Counted from the first letter of the stretch, positions 1 to 9,533 are shown. The stretch: 64,000 nucleotides of DNA from Oscillospiraceae bacterium (GCA_015065005.1 SVRE01000001.1:10593-74592), one strand, 5' to 3'. Notes: a model not told the origin generated them from the sequence alone. Numbers and translations: made by a program.

Positions 1-378
1 ACAGCGCATTTTGCCGCATACGTGTTTGAAAAGCTTGGCTTTGACGTTTATCCCAAGTATGATGAAATGCGCTCTGACATAATCCAAACAGTTAAGTTTG
101 GCTACGCAGACGGGCTTATAAAATTCTGCCAGGGAATACAGAGTGCAAGCGCGGTTGACTCCTACGTTACCCCTATGCCTTGGGCTATGCCGGGATACAA
201 GGATGAGGTAATTATGGCGGCAGGTACATTTACACAGGGCTCTTCAATTGAGCTGAGTGCAGACGGCCCCGTACGTCCACCGTATACAGCGTTTTTCCAA
301 GGCTCTTTAACCTACGAGAGTGGAAAAATTGCTATTTTGACAGCAGCAGAAAAGCTTTTAGAGGACAAAAATGCTTAG
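1..378 (+). CDS. methionine gamma-lyase family / YnbB (aluminium-resistance type) PLP enzyme, 3' fragment (5' end outside window)
   Basis: The ORF is open to the window edge in frame 1. The C-terminus PGYKDEVIMAAGTFTQGSSIELSADGPVRPPYTAFFQGSLTYE matches my memory of the conserved YnbB-type C-terminus. Confidence 0.7.
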   Translation, partial: TAHFAAYVFEKLGFDVYPKYDEMRSDIIQTVKFGYADGLIKFCQGIQSASAVDSYVTPMPWAMPGYKDEVIMAAGTFTQGSSIELSADGPVRPPYTAFFQGSLTYESGKIAILTAAEKLLEDKNA

Positions 379-853
379 TATTAAGATTATCGCCATAGGT
401 GACTTAAAGGAAAAATATTTAAGGGATGCCTGTGAGGAATATAAGAAAAGGCTTGGCGCTTGGGCAAGGGTAGAGGAAATTGCCTTGAAAGAGGAAAGGC
501 TGCCTGACAACCCAACGGAAAGCCAAATAAAAGCAGGGCTTGAGGCTGAGGAAAAGAAGATTTTGGAAAAAATTTCACCAAAGGCTTATGTAATTGCTAT
601 GTGCGTTGAGGGCAAGCAGCTTTCAAGCGAGGAATATGCTAAGAAAATAGAGGAAATTACAAACACAGGGTACAGCGAAATTGTGCTGATAATCGGCTCC
701 TCCTTTGGTATGACCGATACGGTAAAGCAAAGGGCAAATTTCAGACTGTCTGTTTCCAAATTGACATTTCCACACCAGCTTTTAAGGGTAATTTTATATG
801 AGGCCACATACAGAGCTATGAGCATTATTAATGGCACAAAATATCATAAGTGA
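371..853 (+). CDS. rlmH: 23S rRNA (pseudouridine1915-N3)-methyltransferase RlmH (SPOUT)
   Basis: 160 aa, typical RlmH length and sequence (MLSIKIIAIGDLKEKYL..., LSVSKLTFPHQLLRVILYEATYRA). The start overlaps the upstream stop. Confidence 0.9.
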   Translation: MLSIKIIAIGDLKEKYLRDACEEYKKRLGAWARVEEIALKEERLPDNPTESQIKAGLEAEEKKILEKISPKAYVIAMCVEGKQLSSEEYAKKIEEITNTGYSEIVLIIGSSFGMTDTVKQRANFRLSVSKLTFPHQLLRVILYEATYRAMSIINGTKYHK

Positions 854-1126
854 CAAGATGCATTGAGTCAGCTTGTCATCCTGAGCGAAGCGTGGCGGAG
901 TCGAATGGATCTTCAAACGATTTTTGCAAACCCGTATGGGGAGATTCACGAATCGCCCGCATTGAACCGAACATGCAATTTAATTTGGTATGTAAATTTA
1001 AACGGGTCAATCGTGATTGACCCCTACATCGCACTCGATATATTTTGCGCTGCAAAATACGATATATCCCTTACGGGATACGATATGTTTCGCTTGGCGA
1101 AACGAGGAGGAAAGGAGAAAACCAAA
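854..1126. repeat. composite intergenic repeat block (solo GTCATCC..GGATCT arm, GATTCACGAATCG hairpin word, ACGATAT-spaced mini-hairpins)
   Basis: 875-914 resembles the left arm of the element at 3328-3356. 938-958 GGGGAGATTCACGAATCGCCC recurs at 62141-62163, and as rc-like copies at 41511-41527 and 41554-41574. 1025-1105 has hairpins TTTTGCGCTGCAAAA, ATCCCTTACGGGAT and TTTCGCTTGGCGAAA separated by ACGATAT, as in 43945-44107. Confidence 0.6.
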
Positions 1127-3004
1127 ATGGAAAATAGAGTAGACGTATGTGTTGTGGGCGCAGGACACTCAGGGGTTGAAGCGGCGCTTGCTTGTGCGCG
1201 ACTTGGCATGAACACCATACTTTTTACAATGTCCTTGGACGCTATTGCTAATTTACCCTGCAATCCATCTATCGGTGGCACTGCCAAGGGGCATTTGGTA
1301 TATGAAATAGACGCACTTGGGGGCGAAATGGGCCACAGTGCAGATTTGGTTACTCTCCAATCAAGAACCCTTAATTTGGGCAAGGGCGCGGCTGTTTACT
1401 CCAAAAGAATACAGGCGGACAGAATGATGTACCGCTCTGTTATGAAGTCCGTCCTTGAAAACACCAAGAATTTGCGAGTTATTCAAGCGGAAATTACTGA
1501 CATAAAAACCGTAAACGAAAATGGCGAAAAGAGAATAGACTGTGTTGTTACCCGTTTGGGTGAGGAATATCCTTGCCGTGCGGCAATTCTTTGCACAGGC
1601 ACATACTTAAACGGTACGGTGCATACAGGAAATATCTGTTATTTAAGCGGCCCCGACTCCTTAATGGCGGCAACCTTTTTAACGGACGCTTTGAAGCGAG
1701 AGGGTATTTCCATGATGCGCTTTAAAACAGGAACGCCTGCACGTGTGCATAAGGACACAATTGATTTTTCTAAGCTTGAAATTCAAGAGGGTGATGAAGG
1801 TACACTCCCCTTTTCCTGGAGAACGGATGAAGAAAATTATCCGGCAAGAGAGCAAATTCCTTGCCATATAGTATATACAAACGCAAAAACCCACCAAGTA
1901 ATACGGGATAATTTAACAAAAAGTGCTATGTACTCAGGCAATATACACGGCACAGGACCAAGGTATTGCCCGTCTATTGAGGACAAATTGGTTCGCTTTG
2001 CCGATAAGGAAAGGCACCAGCTGTTTATTGAGCCCTGCGGACTTGACACAAAGGAAATGTATATACAGGGCTTTTCCACCTCTATGCCAACGGATGTTCA
2101 GCTTGAGATGCTACATTCCTTGGACGGATTTGAAAATGCAGAGGTTATGAGATACGCATATGCCATTGAGTATGATTGTACAGACCCACAGGAGCTTTTA
2201 GCTACTCTTGAATACAAGAAAATAAGCGGCCTTTACGGAGCAGGGCAGTTTAACGGCACCTCAGGCTATGAGGAAGCGGCAGCGCAGGGCCTTGTGGCAG
2301 GCATTAATGCCAGCCTTAAAATAAAGGGCGAGGAGCCTATGATTTTAAGCCGTTCATCATCATATATAGGCACTTTGATTGATGACCTTGTAACAAAGGG
2401 AACACAGGAGCCATACAGAATGATGACATCAAGGAGCGAATACCGCTTGCTTCTGCGCCAGGATAATGCAGATTTGCGCTTGACCCCAATCGGCAGACGT
2501 GTGGGGCTTGTAAATGATGAGCAATGGGCTTATTTTGAAAAGAGGAAAAAGCAGATAGAGGATGAGAAAAACCGCCTGTCCCACGTGCTTATTTATCCAA
2601 CAGATGAGGTGAATAAGGTTCTTGTGGAAAGCGGCACAAGTCCGATTTCTGTACCTACACAGCTTGGGGAGCTATTAAAAAGACCTCAGCTTGACCTTGA
2701 AAAATTAGGGCAGTTTGATTTGCAAAAGCCAAAGCTTAAAAAGAGTGTGGTATTCACCGCGCAAACGGACATAAAATATGACGGTTATGTTAAAAAGCAG
2801 CTTCAAGAGGTGGCAAGACAGGAAAAAATGGAGAACAAGCCCCTGCCCGCCGACCTTGATTATACAACAATCAAGGGACTAAGAATTGAAGCGTGCCAGA
2901 AGCTGAACAAGGTAAAGCCGCTCACCTTGGGACAAGCCTCTCGCATAAGTGGCGTTTCCCCGGCGGATATTTCGGTGCTTATGATATATTTGAATACAAA
3001 GTAA
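1127..3004 (+). CDS. mnmG: tRNA uridine-5-carboxymethylaminomethyl(34) synthesis enzyme MnmG (GidA)
   Basis: [27 protein letters not shown] carries the FAD-binding GxGxxG, and full-length MnmG-like sequence follows. RBS AGGAGGAAAGGAG precedes ATG 1127. The 863 start in the ORF track reads through repeat DNA. Confidence 0.95.
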   Translation: MENRVDVCVVGAGHSGVEAALACARLGMNTILFTMSLDAIANLPCNPSIGGTAKGHLVYEIDALGGEMGHSADLVTLQSRTLNLGKGAAVYSKRIQADRMMYRSVMKSVLENTKNLRVIQAEITDIKTVNENGEKRIDCVVTRLGEEYPCRAAILCTGTYLNGTVHTGNICYLSGPDSLMAATFLTDALKREGISMMRFKTGTPARVHKDTIDFSKLEIQEGDEGTLPFSWRTDEENYPAREQIPCHIVYTNAKTHQVIRDNLTKSAMYSGNIHGTGPRYCPSIEDKLVRFADKERHQLFIEPCGLDTKEMYIQGFSTSMPTDVQLEMLHSLDGFENAEVMRYAYAIEYDCTDPQELLATLEYKKISGLYGAGQFNGTSGYEEAAAQGLVAGINASLKIKGEEPMILSRSSSYIGTLIDDLVTKGTQEPYRMMTSRSEYRLLLRQDNADLRLTPIGRRVGLVNDEQWAYFEKRKKQIEDEKNRLSHVLIYPTDEVNKVLVESGTSPISVPTQLGELLKRPQLDLEKLGQFDLQKPKLKKSVVFTAQTDIKYDGYVKKQLQEVARQEKMENKPLPADLDYTTIKGLRIEACQKLNKVKPLTLGQASRISGVSPADISVLMIYLNTK

Positions 3005-3007
3005 ATC

Positions 3008-3289
3008 ATGTATTATATTTACATTATGATACATTATTACTAATTGGAATAACGAGGTTATGTACATTGGTGTTACAAACAATCTTAAACGAAGAATGTA
3101 TGAACACAAAAATAAACTTGTTGAAGGATTTACTAAAAAATATAATGTTAATAAATTGGTTTACTATGAGAACATAGGCGATGCTATTTGTGCAATTAAA
3201 AGGGAAAAACAACTTAAAAATGGTCACGGGAAAAGAAAAATAGACTTGTGGAAAGTAAAAATCCAGAATGGATTGAACTTGAAATATGA
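3008..3289 (+). pseudogene. GIY-YIG nuclease family gene disrupted by a 10-bp tandem duplication and a 1-nt homopolymer frameshift
   Basis: ATG 3008 gives MYYIYIM then a stop. Removing one copy of TACATTATGA/TACATTATTA (3020-3039) restores MYYIYIITNWNNEVMYIGVTNNLKRRMYEHK. After the A5 run (3216-3220) another frame reads WSREKKNRLVESKNPEWIELEI*, the canonical family C-terminus, ending at 3289. Confidence 0.7.
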
Positions 3290-3305
3290 GGAAAGTATCA
3301 AGTAT

Positions 3306-3427
3306 TGTCATCCTGAGCCACTATACATTGTCATCCCGAGCGAAGTCGAGGGATCTATGTAAGGGAAATAACAAAAGAGGAAAAGAACGAAAGATCTCTC
3401 CACGCGCTGCGCTCGGTCGAGATGACA
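3306..3427. repeat. palindromic (MITE/REP-like) element, family GTCATYCCGAG..TCGAGGRATCT / AGATYTCTCC..GGTCGARATGAC
   Basis: The left arm TTGTCATCCCGAGCGAAGTCGAGGGATCT (3328-3356) pairs imperfectly with the right arm AGATCTCTCCACGCGCTGCGCTCGGTCGAGATGACA (3392-3427). A second full copy lies at 32876-32965 and a solo arm at 875-914. Confidence 0.65.
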
Positions 3428-3530
3428 GAGGGGATGTTTGGTCGAGATGACACGACAGGCGCTTGGTCGAGATGACACGACAGGCGCTTGGTCGAGATGA
3501 CACGATAGACGTTTGGTTGAGATGGCAGAG
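3415..3530. repeat. 25-bp tandem repeat (about 4.5 copies) GGTCGAGATGACACGACAGGCGCTT
   Basis: GGTCGAGATGACA starts at 3415, 3440, 3465 and 3490, with a degenerate GGTTGAGATGGCA at 3515. The units are contiguous with no spacers. Confidence 0.85.
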
Positions 3531-3708
3531 TAGTTTACTGAAGGTCGGTGAAAAATGCGAAAGTTGAAGTTTTTTGAGCAATATTACAAAGCAAATGTAA
3601 ACCCACGGTTGCGTAATTCAAACCGTGGGTTACTTGCATTTATTGCTTATGTGTGATACAATCATTTTGATGGCAATATATTGCCTTGAAATATTTAAGG
3701 AGGGTATT

Positions 3709-5082
3709 ATGAAAAGAATTATCATTTTGGTTTTGAGCATTGGCGTAGTAATGGCTGTTTTGTTTGGGCTTTGCTCCTGTGGGACGCGTGTGGTTGTCAA
3801 CTTTGATACTGACGGTGGCAGTGAGGTGGAGAGCCAAGAGGTTTTATCTGGTAAGCACGCGCATTTGCCCGAAGCGCCTATAAAGGATGGCTATGCCTTT
3901 ATTGGATGGTATGCGGGTGATGAGGAGTGGTCCTTTGCAGGGCACGTTGTAACAGAGGATATTACCCTTAAGGCAAGATGGGCAAAATGCTTGATTTTTG
4001 AGGAAAACGATGACGGTACATATACAGTAAGTGATTACAAGCCTATTGCAGAGAATATAACAATTCCATCTACATATAAAGGAGAGGATGTAACTGCTAT
4101 TGGCTCTGGCGCCTTTGCACCGGGTGACAACCCTGAAAAGCATCTTTTGAGCATAACCATACCAGACACGGTAACAGTTATAGAGGCTTGGGCGTTTTCC
4201 GGTTGTGACAGGCTTTCATCCGTTAAGCTACCAAGTGAGCTTGAGAAAATTGAGGATAACGCCTTTAATGGCTGTATCAGCATGACAAGCATTAACATTC
4301 CAAGCAGTGTTGAGCATATTGGAGAGAATGTATTTAAGGATTGCGATGATATTCAAATGGAAGAGTCAGAAGGGCTTTATTACCTTGATAATTGGCTTAT
4401 CAGAGCTGAAAGCGGTATAAAGAAAGCTGAGATAAGCAATGGCTGTGTAGGCATTGCGGGTAGCGCATTTTATGATTGCAAGAAGCTGGAAAGCGTGCGC
4501 ATTGCGGGCAGTGTGGACTTTATCGGTCCATGCGCTTTTGGACAATGTGAGAAGCTTACACAGATTGAGTTTTTGGGACAGATTAGTGAAATATGCAATG
4601 GCGCATTTTCTTCCACGGGAATAACCCAAATGGAGCTACCCGATGGCATAGAAAGTATAAGCGAGCGTATGTTTGCAAACTGTGAAGAGCTTGTAAGCGT
4701 TGTAATTCCGAATGGTGTTAAGACAATCGGAGAAAGGGCGTTTGTAAATTGCAGTAAGCTTGAAAATGTATCAATGCCAAATAGCTTGCGAGAAATAGGA
4801 GAAAACGCATTTACGACCTGCCACAGCTTAAAGGAAATAACAATACCAAGCGGAGTTGAGAAAATAGGGAAAGAAGCATTTGAGTATAGTGGTCTTACAA
4901 GGTTGATAATACCAAAAAGCGTAAAAGAGGTTGGGTTTTATATAACCTTTGGATGTGACGATATAGTCCTTATCGGCTGTGAGGCACAGGAAAAGCCCGA
5001 GGGATGGGATGAGGATTGGACTCAATTTGACAGTGTGTTTGATTCTGTTATTATAGCTTGGGGATATGGGCAAGATAATTAG
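3709..5082 (+). CDS. BspA-type leucine-rich-repeat lipoprotein with N-terminal Listeria-Bacteroides (Flg_new) repeat
   Basis: RBS AAGGAGGG precedes ATG 3709. Signal plus lipobox-like MKRIIILVLSIGVVMAVLFGLCSCG. VNFDTDGGS...DGYAFIGWY...ITLKARW repeat. Multiple ~23-aa LRR_5 units (IPxxVxxIGxxAFxxCxxL). Confidence 0.8.
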   Translation: MKRIIILVLSIGVVMAVLFGLCSCGTRVVVNFDTDGGSEVESQEVLSGKHAHLPEAPIKDGYAFIGWYAGDEEWSFAGHVVTEDITLKARWAKCLIFEENDDGTYTVSDYKPIAENITIPSTYKGEDVTAIGSGAFAPGDNPEKHLLSITIPDTVTVIEAWAFSGCDRLSSVKLPSELEKIEDNAFNGCISMTSINIPSSVEHIGENVFKDCDDIQMEESEGLYYLDNWLIRAESGIKKAEISNGCVGIAGSAFYDCKKLESVRIAGSVDFIGPCAFGQCEKLTQIEFLGQISEICNGAFSSTGITQMELPDGIESISERMFANCEELVSVVIPNGVKTIGERAFVNCSKLENVSMPNSLREIGENAFTTCHSLKEITIPSGVEKIGKEAFEYSGLTRLIIPKSVKEVGFYITFGCDDIVLIGCEAQEKPEGWDEDWTQFDSVFDSVIIAWGYGQDN

Positions 5083-5086
5083 ATAA

Positions 5087-5111
5087 AGGGGGCATAACAG
5101 CCCCCTCTTTT
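5087..5111 (+). terminator. rho-independent terminator
   Basis: GGGGGC-ATAACA-GCCCCC followed by TCTTTT. Confidence 0.7.
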
Positions 5112-5200
5112 CATTAAATGGAATTTTGAATGTGTGTTGACTTTTATTAGGTTTAATGATAGAATAGAAACAGTAAAATTTTTATTTATGGAGATTTGTT

Positions 5201-6442
5201 ATGGCAATTATTAATGTAAGAGATTTTGGCGCTAAGGGTGACGGTTGTACCCTTGATACAAAGGCGATACAGGCGGCAATTGACGCTGCTAATGCTGGGG
5301 ACAGCGTTGTGCTTGGTGGCAAGGGCTTTTTTAACTGCGGTACACTTCGCTTAAAGAGCAATATTAAATTTGTTATTGAGCAGGGCTCTGAGCTTTGCGG
5401 CTCAAGAAACTTGGCACATTATTACGCAAACGGCTTTTACCACAACGAAATGGTTGATACAATTTCCTTGATTTACGCACTTGACTGCGAAAATATTGAA
5501 ATTTGCGGCGGCGGTAAAATCCAAATGAACGGTGATGCCTTTGTTAACTTTGACGCTTGGTGTCCAAGTGAGGTAAACAGAGATGAAATGGTAAAGGAGT
5601 TTGAGGAGCAGACTGTTGTGGGCCCTGAAACAAAGGTAACACGCCCATCCCAGCCAATTTTCTTTAATAATTGCAAAAACATACATATTCACGACCTTAA
5701 GGTGTTTAATTCTCCTTGCTGGACCTTTACATTTTCCAACTGTGACGGTATTATGTTCGAAAAAATGTATGTTGACAACCACAACAGAATTGCAAATAAT
5801 GACGGTGTTCATTTCAGCGCGTCTAAGAACGGTGTTGTAAGAAACTGCACCTTCTTGTGCGGAGATGACTGCTTTGCCGCAACCTGTATTACAAATACAG
5901 AGGGGGTTTGTGAGAATATAGAGGTTAGTGACTGCTTAATGTCCTCTCGCTCTGCGGCTATCCGCTTTGGTCATCTTTACAGTAAGATAAGAAATATCCT
6001 TGTTAAGGATATTAAAATTTTGCCATCTAACAGGGGTATTTCTATATTCTCAGGAGATGACGGAATTGTAGAAAACGTTAAGGTTTCAAATGTTCAGTGT
6101 GAAACACGCATCCACGCAGGCGGCTGGTGGGGCAAGGGAGAGGGCTTCATTATTTGCGCTGCAAACGCAGGCGGTCAGATAAAGGATGTTACTATTGAAA
6201 ATTGCCACTTTATAGAGGAAAACCCATCTATCGTTGCAGGAACAGAGGGTAATGTTGACGGTGTTAAGCTTGTTAACTGTACATTTGAGTATAAGGAAGG
6301 CTCAACACATCCATACTTTAAAAACAAAATGGACCTCCAGCCAAATATTCCACAGCTTCAAAAGGCGCCATTTAACACAGGTGATACCCTTTATGTGTTT
6401 GGCAGCGAAAACGTAACTTTAAATGGAGAAGCGGTTAAATGA
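5201..6442 (+). CDS. glycoside hydrolase family 28-like (polygalacturonase-type right-handed beta-helix)
   Basis: N-terminal INVRDFGAKGDGxTLDTKAIQAAID, plus NNDGVHF, CGDDCFA and AIRFG motifs typical of GH28/pectate-lyase-fold enzymes. Confidence 0.7.
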   Translation: MAIINVRDFGAKGDGCTLDTKAIQAAIDAANAGDSVVLGGKGFFNCGTLRLKSNIKFVIEQGSELCGSRNLAHYYANGFYHNEMVDTISLIYALDCENIEICGGGKIQMNGDAFVNFDAWCPSEVNRDEMVKEFEEQTVVGPETKVTRPSQPIFFNNCKNIHIHDLKVFNSPCWTFTFSNCDGIMFEKMYVDNHNRIANNDGVHFSASKNGVVRNCTFLCGDDCFAATCITNTEGVCENIEVSDCLMSSRSAAIRFGHLYSKIRNILVKDIKILPSNRGISIFSGDDGIVENVKVSNVQCETRIHAGGWWGKGEGFIICAANAGGQIKDVTIENCHFIEENPSIVAGTEGNVDGVKLVNCTFEYKEGSTHPYFKNKMDLQPNIPQLQKAPFNTGDTLYVFGSENVTLNGEAVK

Positions 6443-6978
6443 TTTTTAAATCAACCTTAATGGATAAGGATGCGGTGCTTCGCTCTTTGCGCCGTATTTC
6501 CCACGAGATATTGGAAAAGAACAAGGGCGGCGACAATTTGTGCCTTGTAGGAATACTAAGGCGTGGCGTGCCGATGGCGCAAATTATTGCGGAAAATATA
6601 AAAAGGATAGAGGGCGTGGACGTAAATGTAGGTATTCTTGACATTTCCGCCCACCGTGATGATATAGATTTCCGAGGGATTTCAAATGATAATAAAACAG
6701 ACATTCCTTTTGAAATAAGCGGAAAAAACGTGGTGCTTGTGGACGATGTTTTGTTTACAGGCAGAAGCGTGCGTGCGGCAATGGATGCCTTAATGTCAAT
6801 GGGGCGCCCTGCTAAAATTCAGCTTGCAACCTTGATAGACAGGGGACACAGGGAGTTGCCCGTTTGTGCCAACTATATCGGTAAGAACTTTCCCACCGCA
6901 AGGACGGAAATGATAAAGGTTTACTTTGACGGAATAGATGAAGAAACCTGTGTTAAACTATATGACGTGGAAAATTAA
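6439..6978 (+). CDS. pyrR: bifunctional pyrimidine operon regulator / uracil phosphoribosyltransferase PyrR
   Basis: 179 aa. PRPP motif VVLVDDVLFTGRSVRAA, then LIDRGHRELP. ATGA overlap with the upstream gene. Confidence 0.9.
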   Translation: MIFKSTLMDKDAVLRSLRRISHEILEKNKGGDNLCLVGILRRGVPMAQIIAENIKRIEGVDVNVGILDISAHRDDIDFRGISNDNKTDIPFEISGKNVVLVDDVLFTGRSVRAAMDALMSMGRPAKIQLATLIDRGHRELPVCANYIGKNFPTARTEMIKVYFDGIDEETCVKLYDVEN

Positions 6979-7007
6979 TAATTTATAATACTACGCAACC
7001 AATAAAA

Positions 7008-7040
7008 ACAGGCTATTGCTTTGGGCAATAGCCTGTTTTG
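7008..7040. terminator. bidirectional terminator between pyrR and the TraX-family gene
   Basis: ACAGGCTATTGC-loop-GCAATAGCCTGT flanked by an A-run and a T-run. Confidence 0.75.
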
Positions 7041-7042
7041 GT

Positions 7043-7786
7043 TTACTTTATGAGTAATGCAATTCCGTAAAGGATAACTAAGTGTGCGGGGTAGAAAATA
7101 TAGAAGAAATACTTCATATTAAGCTTGCCACGCTCGCCTGAGTACAAAAGCAATGGGACAATGGCGAAAATACTGTAATATTGAATCGGTGTTGAAACGT
7201 AGGAGTAAATCAGTAATGGGATTGCCATACAAAGAACCCTTACAGGGACAATATCAAGCCTTTTCAGCCACTGGGGGGCATCGGTTTTATTAAGGCTTGG
7301 GGCGGAGGCAAAAACCGCTGCCATACAGCCTAATATTCCGTATGAATATCCGAAGGCTGCAAACTTTGTGACAAGAAATAAGCCTAAAGTACCGCAGAGA
7401 AATGAACAAAGGGAGGCTATTTTTATGTAAGTCTTACACTCCTTGTCAAAAAGGGATATTTTAAACCAATCAAGCAAATAAATAAGCCCAAGGGATAGGG
7501 TAAAGGTGACAAGTACATTCCAGTGGAAATCATTAAACAGTATAATCATAGGAATTTGGCAAGCAACGCCGAGAATGCCAACCGTTAAAATGTATTTAAG
7601 CTTGTTTTTTGTATATCTTGCACCCTCTGAAATCATAAAGGCAAATATGGGGAAGGAAAGCCTGCCTATAATTCTGAAAATTACTTCCTGCGGAAAGAAA
7701 ATCATACCAAAGTGGTCTATAAGCATTGTAACCGCTGCTATTATTTTAAGAGCATTACCGTTTAGAACTCTGATTTTGTTTAGCAT
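7043..7786 (-). CDS. TraX family membrane protein
   Basis: LNGNALKIIAAVTMLIDHFG and a polytopic membrane profile. ATG 7786 is preceded by GGAAAGG. The TTG at 7801 in the ORF track is less likely. Confidence 0.75.
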   Translation of the reverse strand: MLNKIRVLNGNALKIIAAVTMLIDHFGMIFFPQEVIFRIIGRLSFPIFAFMISEGARYTKNKLKYILTVGILGVACQIPMIILFNDFHWNVLVTFTLSLGLIYLLDWFKISLFDKECKTYIKIASLCSFLCGTLGLFLVTKFAAFGYSYGILGCMAAVFASAPSLNKTDAPQWLKRLDIVPVRVLCMAIPLLIYSYVSTPIQYYSIFAIVPLLLYSGERGKLNMKYFFYIFYPAHLVILYGIALLIK

Positions 7787-7787
7787 A

Positions 7788-9074
7788 TTAGTCCTTTCCA
7801 AGCATAATTTTGATAATTTCCTTGTCTGTCTCGCTCATACCCTTTTGCGCCAAGCGGGAAACATTTTTAATGGTGTTTTCAACACCCTTTGTAATAATAC
7901 CGTCACCGCCGTAGAATTGGTGGCCTGATGCCATCATTTCGTAGCCTAAAATACCTGCTTCAACCGCCATTGCGATTTTTGCGGCACAGGATGATTTTGC
8001 ACCGTCACAAATTGTGCCGGATAAAATAGCGATTGCGTTTACAAGGGTGTGGGCAATTTCGTAATATCTGCCGCCCTTCAAATATGCAATACCGCAGCCA
8101 CAGCCGCAGCCTGCGGAAATTGCACCGCAATATGCACTTAAGCAGCCGATACCTGTTTTTTGGTGTATTGTTATTAAATCCGAAACTATTAATGCGCGCA
8201 AAAGCGTTTCTCTGTCTGCTTTTAAGCTTTCTGCATAAATTACAACAGGGACAGATGCAGTCATACCCTGGTTACCGCTACCGGAAATAATGCAAACAGG
8301 CATTTCACATCCGCTCATACGGGCGTCACTTCCTGCGGCGGCGTATGCTCTTGCAATGGTACGCACGTCTCCGTTTGCTAATTTTAAGAGCGTCTTGCCG
8401 ATAGATGCTCCCCACTCACCGTCCAAGCCTTCCCTTGCAATAGCCATATTAAATTCGATCTGGCGGTCAAGATAAGGGGTAAGCTCGCTTAAATCAACAG
8501 TCTCAGCAAACTCCACGATAGTTTTTACATTCAGGGAGGAGCGGTCTGTTGATTCCTTTTCAACCGTATCCTCCTCGGTTGCGTAATTGTTTGTTATATC
8601 CTGTCCGTTCAGCTTAACGTACACAATATTCGTGTGGCGCTTTGCAAGATTGGCGACAGCCGCTTGTCCGTTATGTGTACCCTCAATCAAAATTTCAAAG
8701 GCGTTTTCTGTTTCAAGCTCATAGATTTCAATAGGGGTGTTTTCCTTGTAGCTTTTAATTTTTTCAACATCTTCGCTGCAAAGCGCGCAAAGCACCTCTA
8801 ACCTTTTTTTCGGGCAGGAGGAAATAATACCTGCGCAAATGGCACTGTCAATACCGTGCATGCCACCTGTCATAGGAACAATAACGCTTTTTACATTTTT
8901 AATAATATTTCCGCTTAAGCCAACCTTGAGACTTGTGGGATAAGCGCCCAATGCGTGGGAAATTATAGAGGATGCGTATGCGATTGCAATAGGCTCAGTA
9001 CAGCCCATAGCAGGTATAAGCTCCTCAATCAAAATATCAGTATAGGTTCTTATAATTTCGTTAGAAAGTGGCAT
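7788..9074 (-). CDS. L-cysteine desulfidase family protein (UPF0597 / YhaM-like, serine dehydratase alpha-like)
   Basis: 428 aa. N-terminal ...IPAMGCTEPIAIAYA and Gly/Cys-rich CGCGCGIAY are typical of the family. Confidence 0.75.
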   Translation of the reverse strand: MPLSNEIIRTYTDILIEELIPAMGCTEPIAIAYASSIISHALGAYPTSLKVGLSGNIIKNVKSVIVPMTGGMHGIDSAICAGIISSCPKKRLEVLCALCSEDVEKIKSYKENTPIEIYELETENAFEILIEGTHNGQAAVANLAKRHTNIVYVKLNGQDITNNYATEEDTVEKESTDRSSLNVKTIVEFAETVDLSELTPYLDRQIEFNMAIAREGLDGEWGASIGKTLLKLANGDVRTIARAYAAAGSDARMSGCEMPVCIISGSGNQGMTASVPVVIYAESLKADRETLLRALIVSDLITIHQKTGIGCLSAYCGAISAGCGCGCGIAYLKGGRYYEIAHTLVNAIAILSGTICDGAKSSCAAKIAMAVEAGILGYEMMASGHQFYGGDGIITKGVENTIKNVSRLAQKGMSETDKEIIKIMLGKD

Positions 9075-9200
9075 AAATTCACCTCAACACACATTACTTC
9101 CATTATATAATAGCATAAAAATTAAAGCTATTCAAGTGCGAAGATTAATTTATTAATAAAAGAAGAGCAAGCCATAAGCTTGCCCTTGCATGTGTATGCG

Positions 9201-9533
9201 TTATTCTTCATCTGTATCAGCGGCGCCGCCCTGGGTTGTTGTGTCATCCTGCGTGCCTTCACCGTCAGCATTGTCTCCCTCAGGCTCGGTATCGGTTGTA
9301 CCCTCTCCATCGGGCATTAAGCTTGATTCAGGCTCCGGGTCAACATCATCACCTGAGCCATCATCTTCTTCGCTTGAGGACTCTGCAATTTTGAAAAACG
9401 GACCTAACAAATCCTTTCCTGTGTTGACAAGATTTTCCAAAGTGCTGTCAACAGACGCCTGGTCACAAGATGTGAAAGCGAATAGGGATAAAACCAAAAG
9501 AACAGATAAAACAATAGTAGTGAGCTTTTTCAT
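9201..9533 (-). CDS. small acidic secreted lipoprotein (hypothetical)
   Basis: MKKLTTIVLSVLLVLSLFAFTSC signal/lipobox-like N-terminus, then a D/E/G/T-rich low-complexity tail. Confidence 0.55.
   Translation of the reverse strand: MKKLTTIVLSVLLVLSLFAFTSCDQASVDSTLENLVNTGKDLLGPFFKIAESSSEEDDGSGDDVDPEPESSLMPDGEGTTDTEPEGDNADGEGTQDDTTTQGGAADTDEE

Noticed and set aside
863-1126. Long N-terminal extension of MnmG (the ORF track starts at 863).
   Set aside because: The extension translates repeat DNA ([13 protein letters not shown]...). A canonical MnmG N-terminus with a strong RBS begins at ATG 1127.
3415-3530. Possible CRISPR array (regularly spaced GGTCGAGATGACA repeats).
   Set aside because: The 25-bp units are directly contiguous with no unique spacers, there are no cas genes, and the unit is the terminal arm of the adjacent palindromic element. 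It is a plain tandem repeat.
3321-3581. 86-aa minus-strand ORF (..SSRPSACRVISTKRLSCHLDQTS..).
   Set aside because: It is a periodic translation of the 25-bp tandem repeat and the palindromic element, not a gene.
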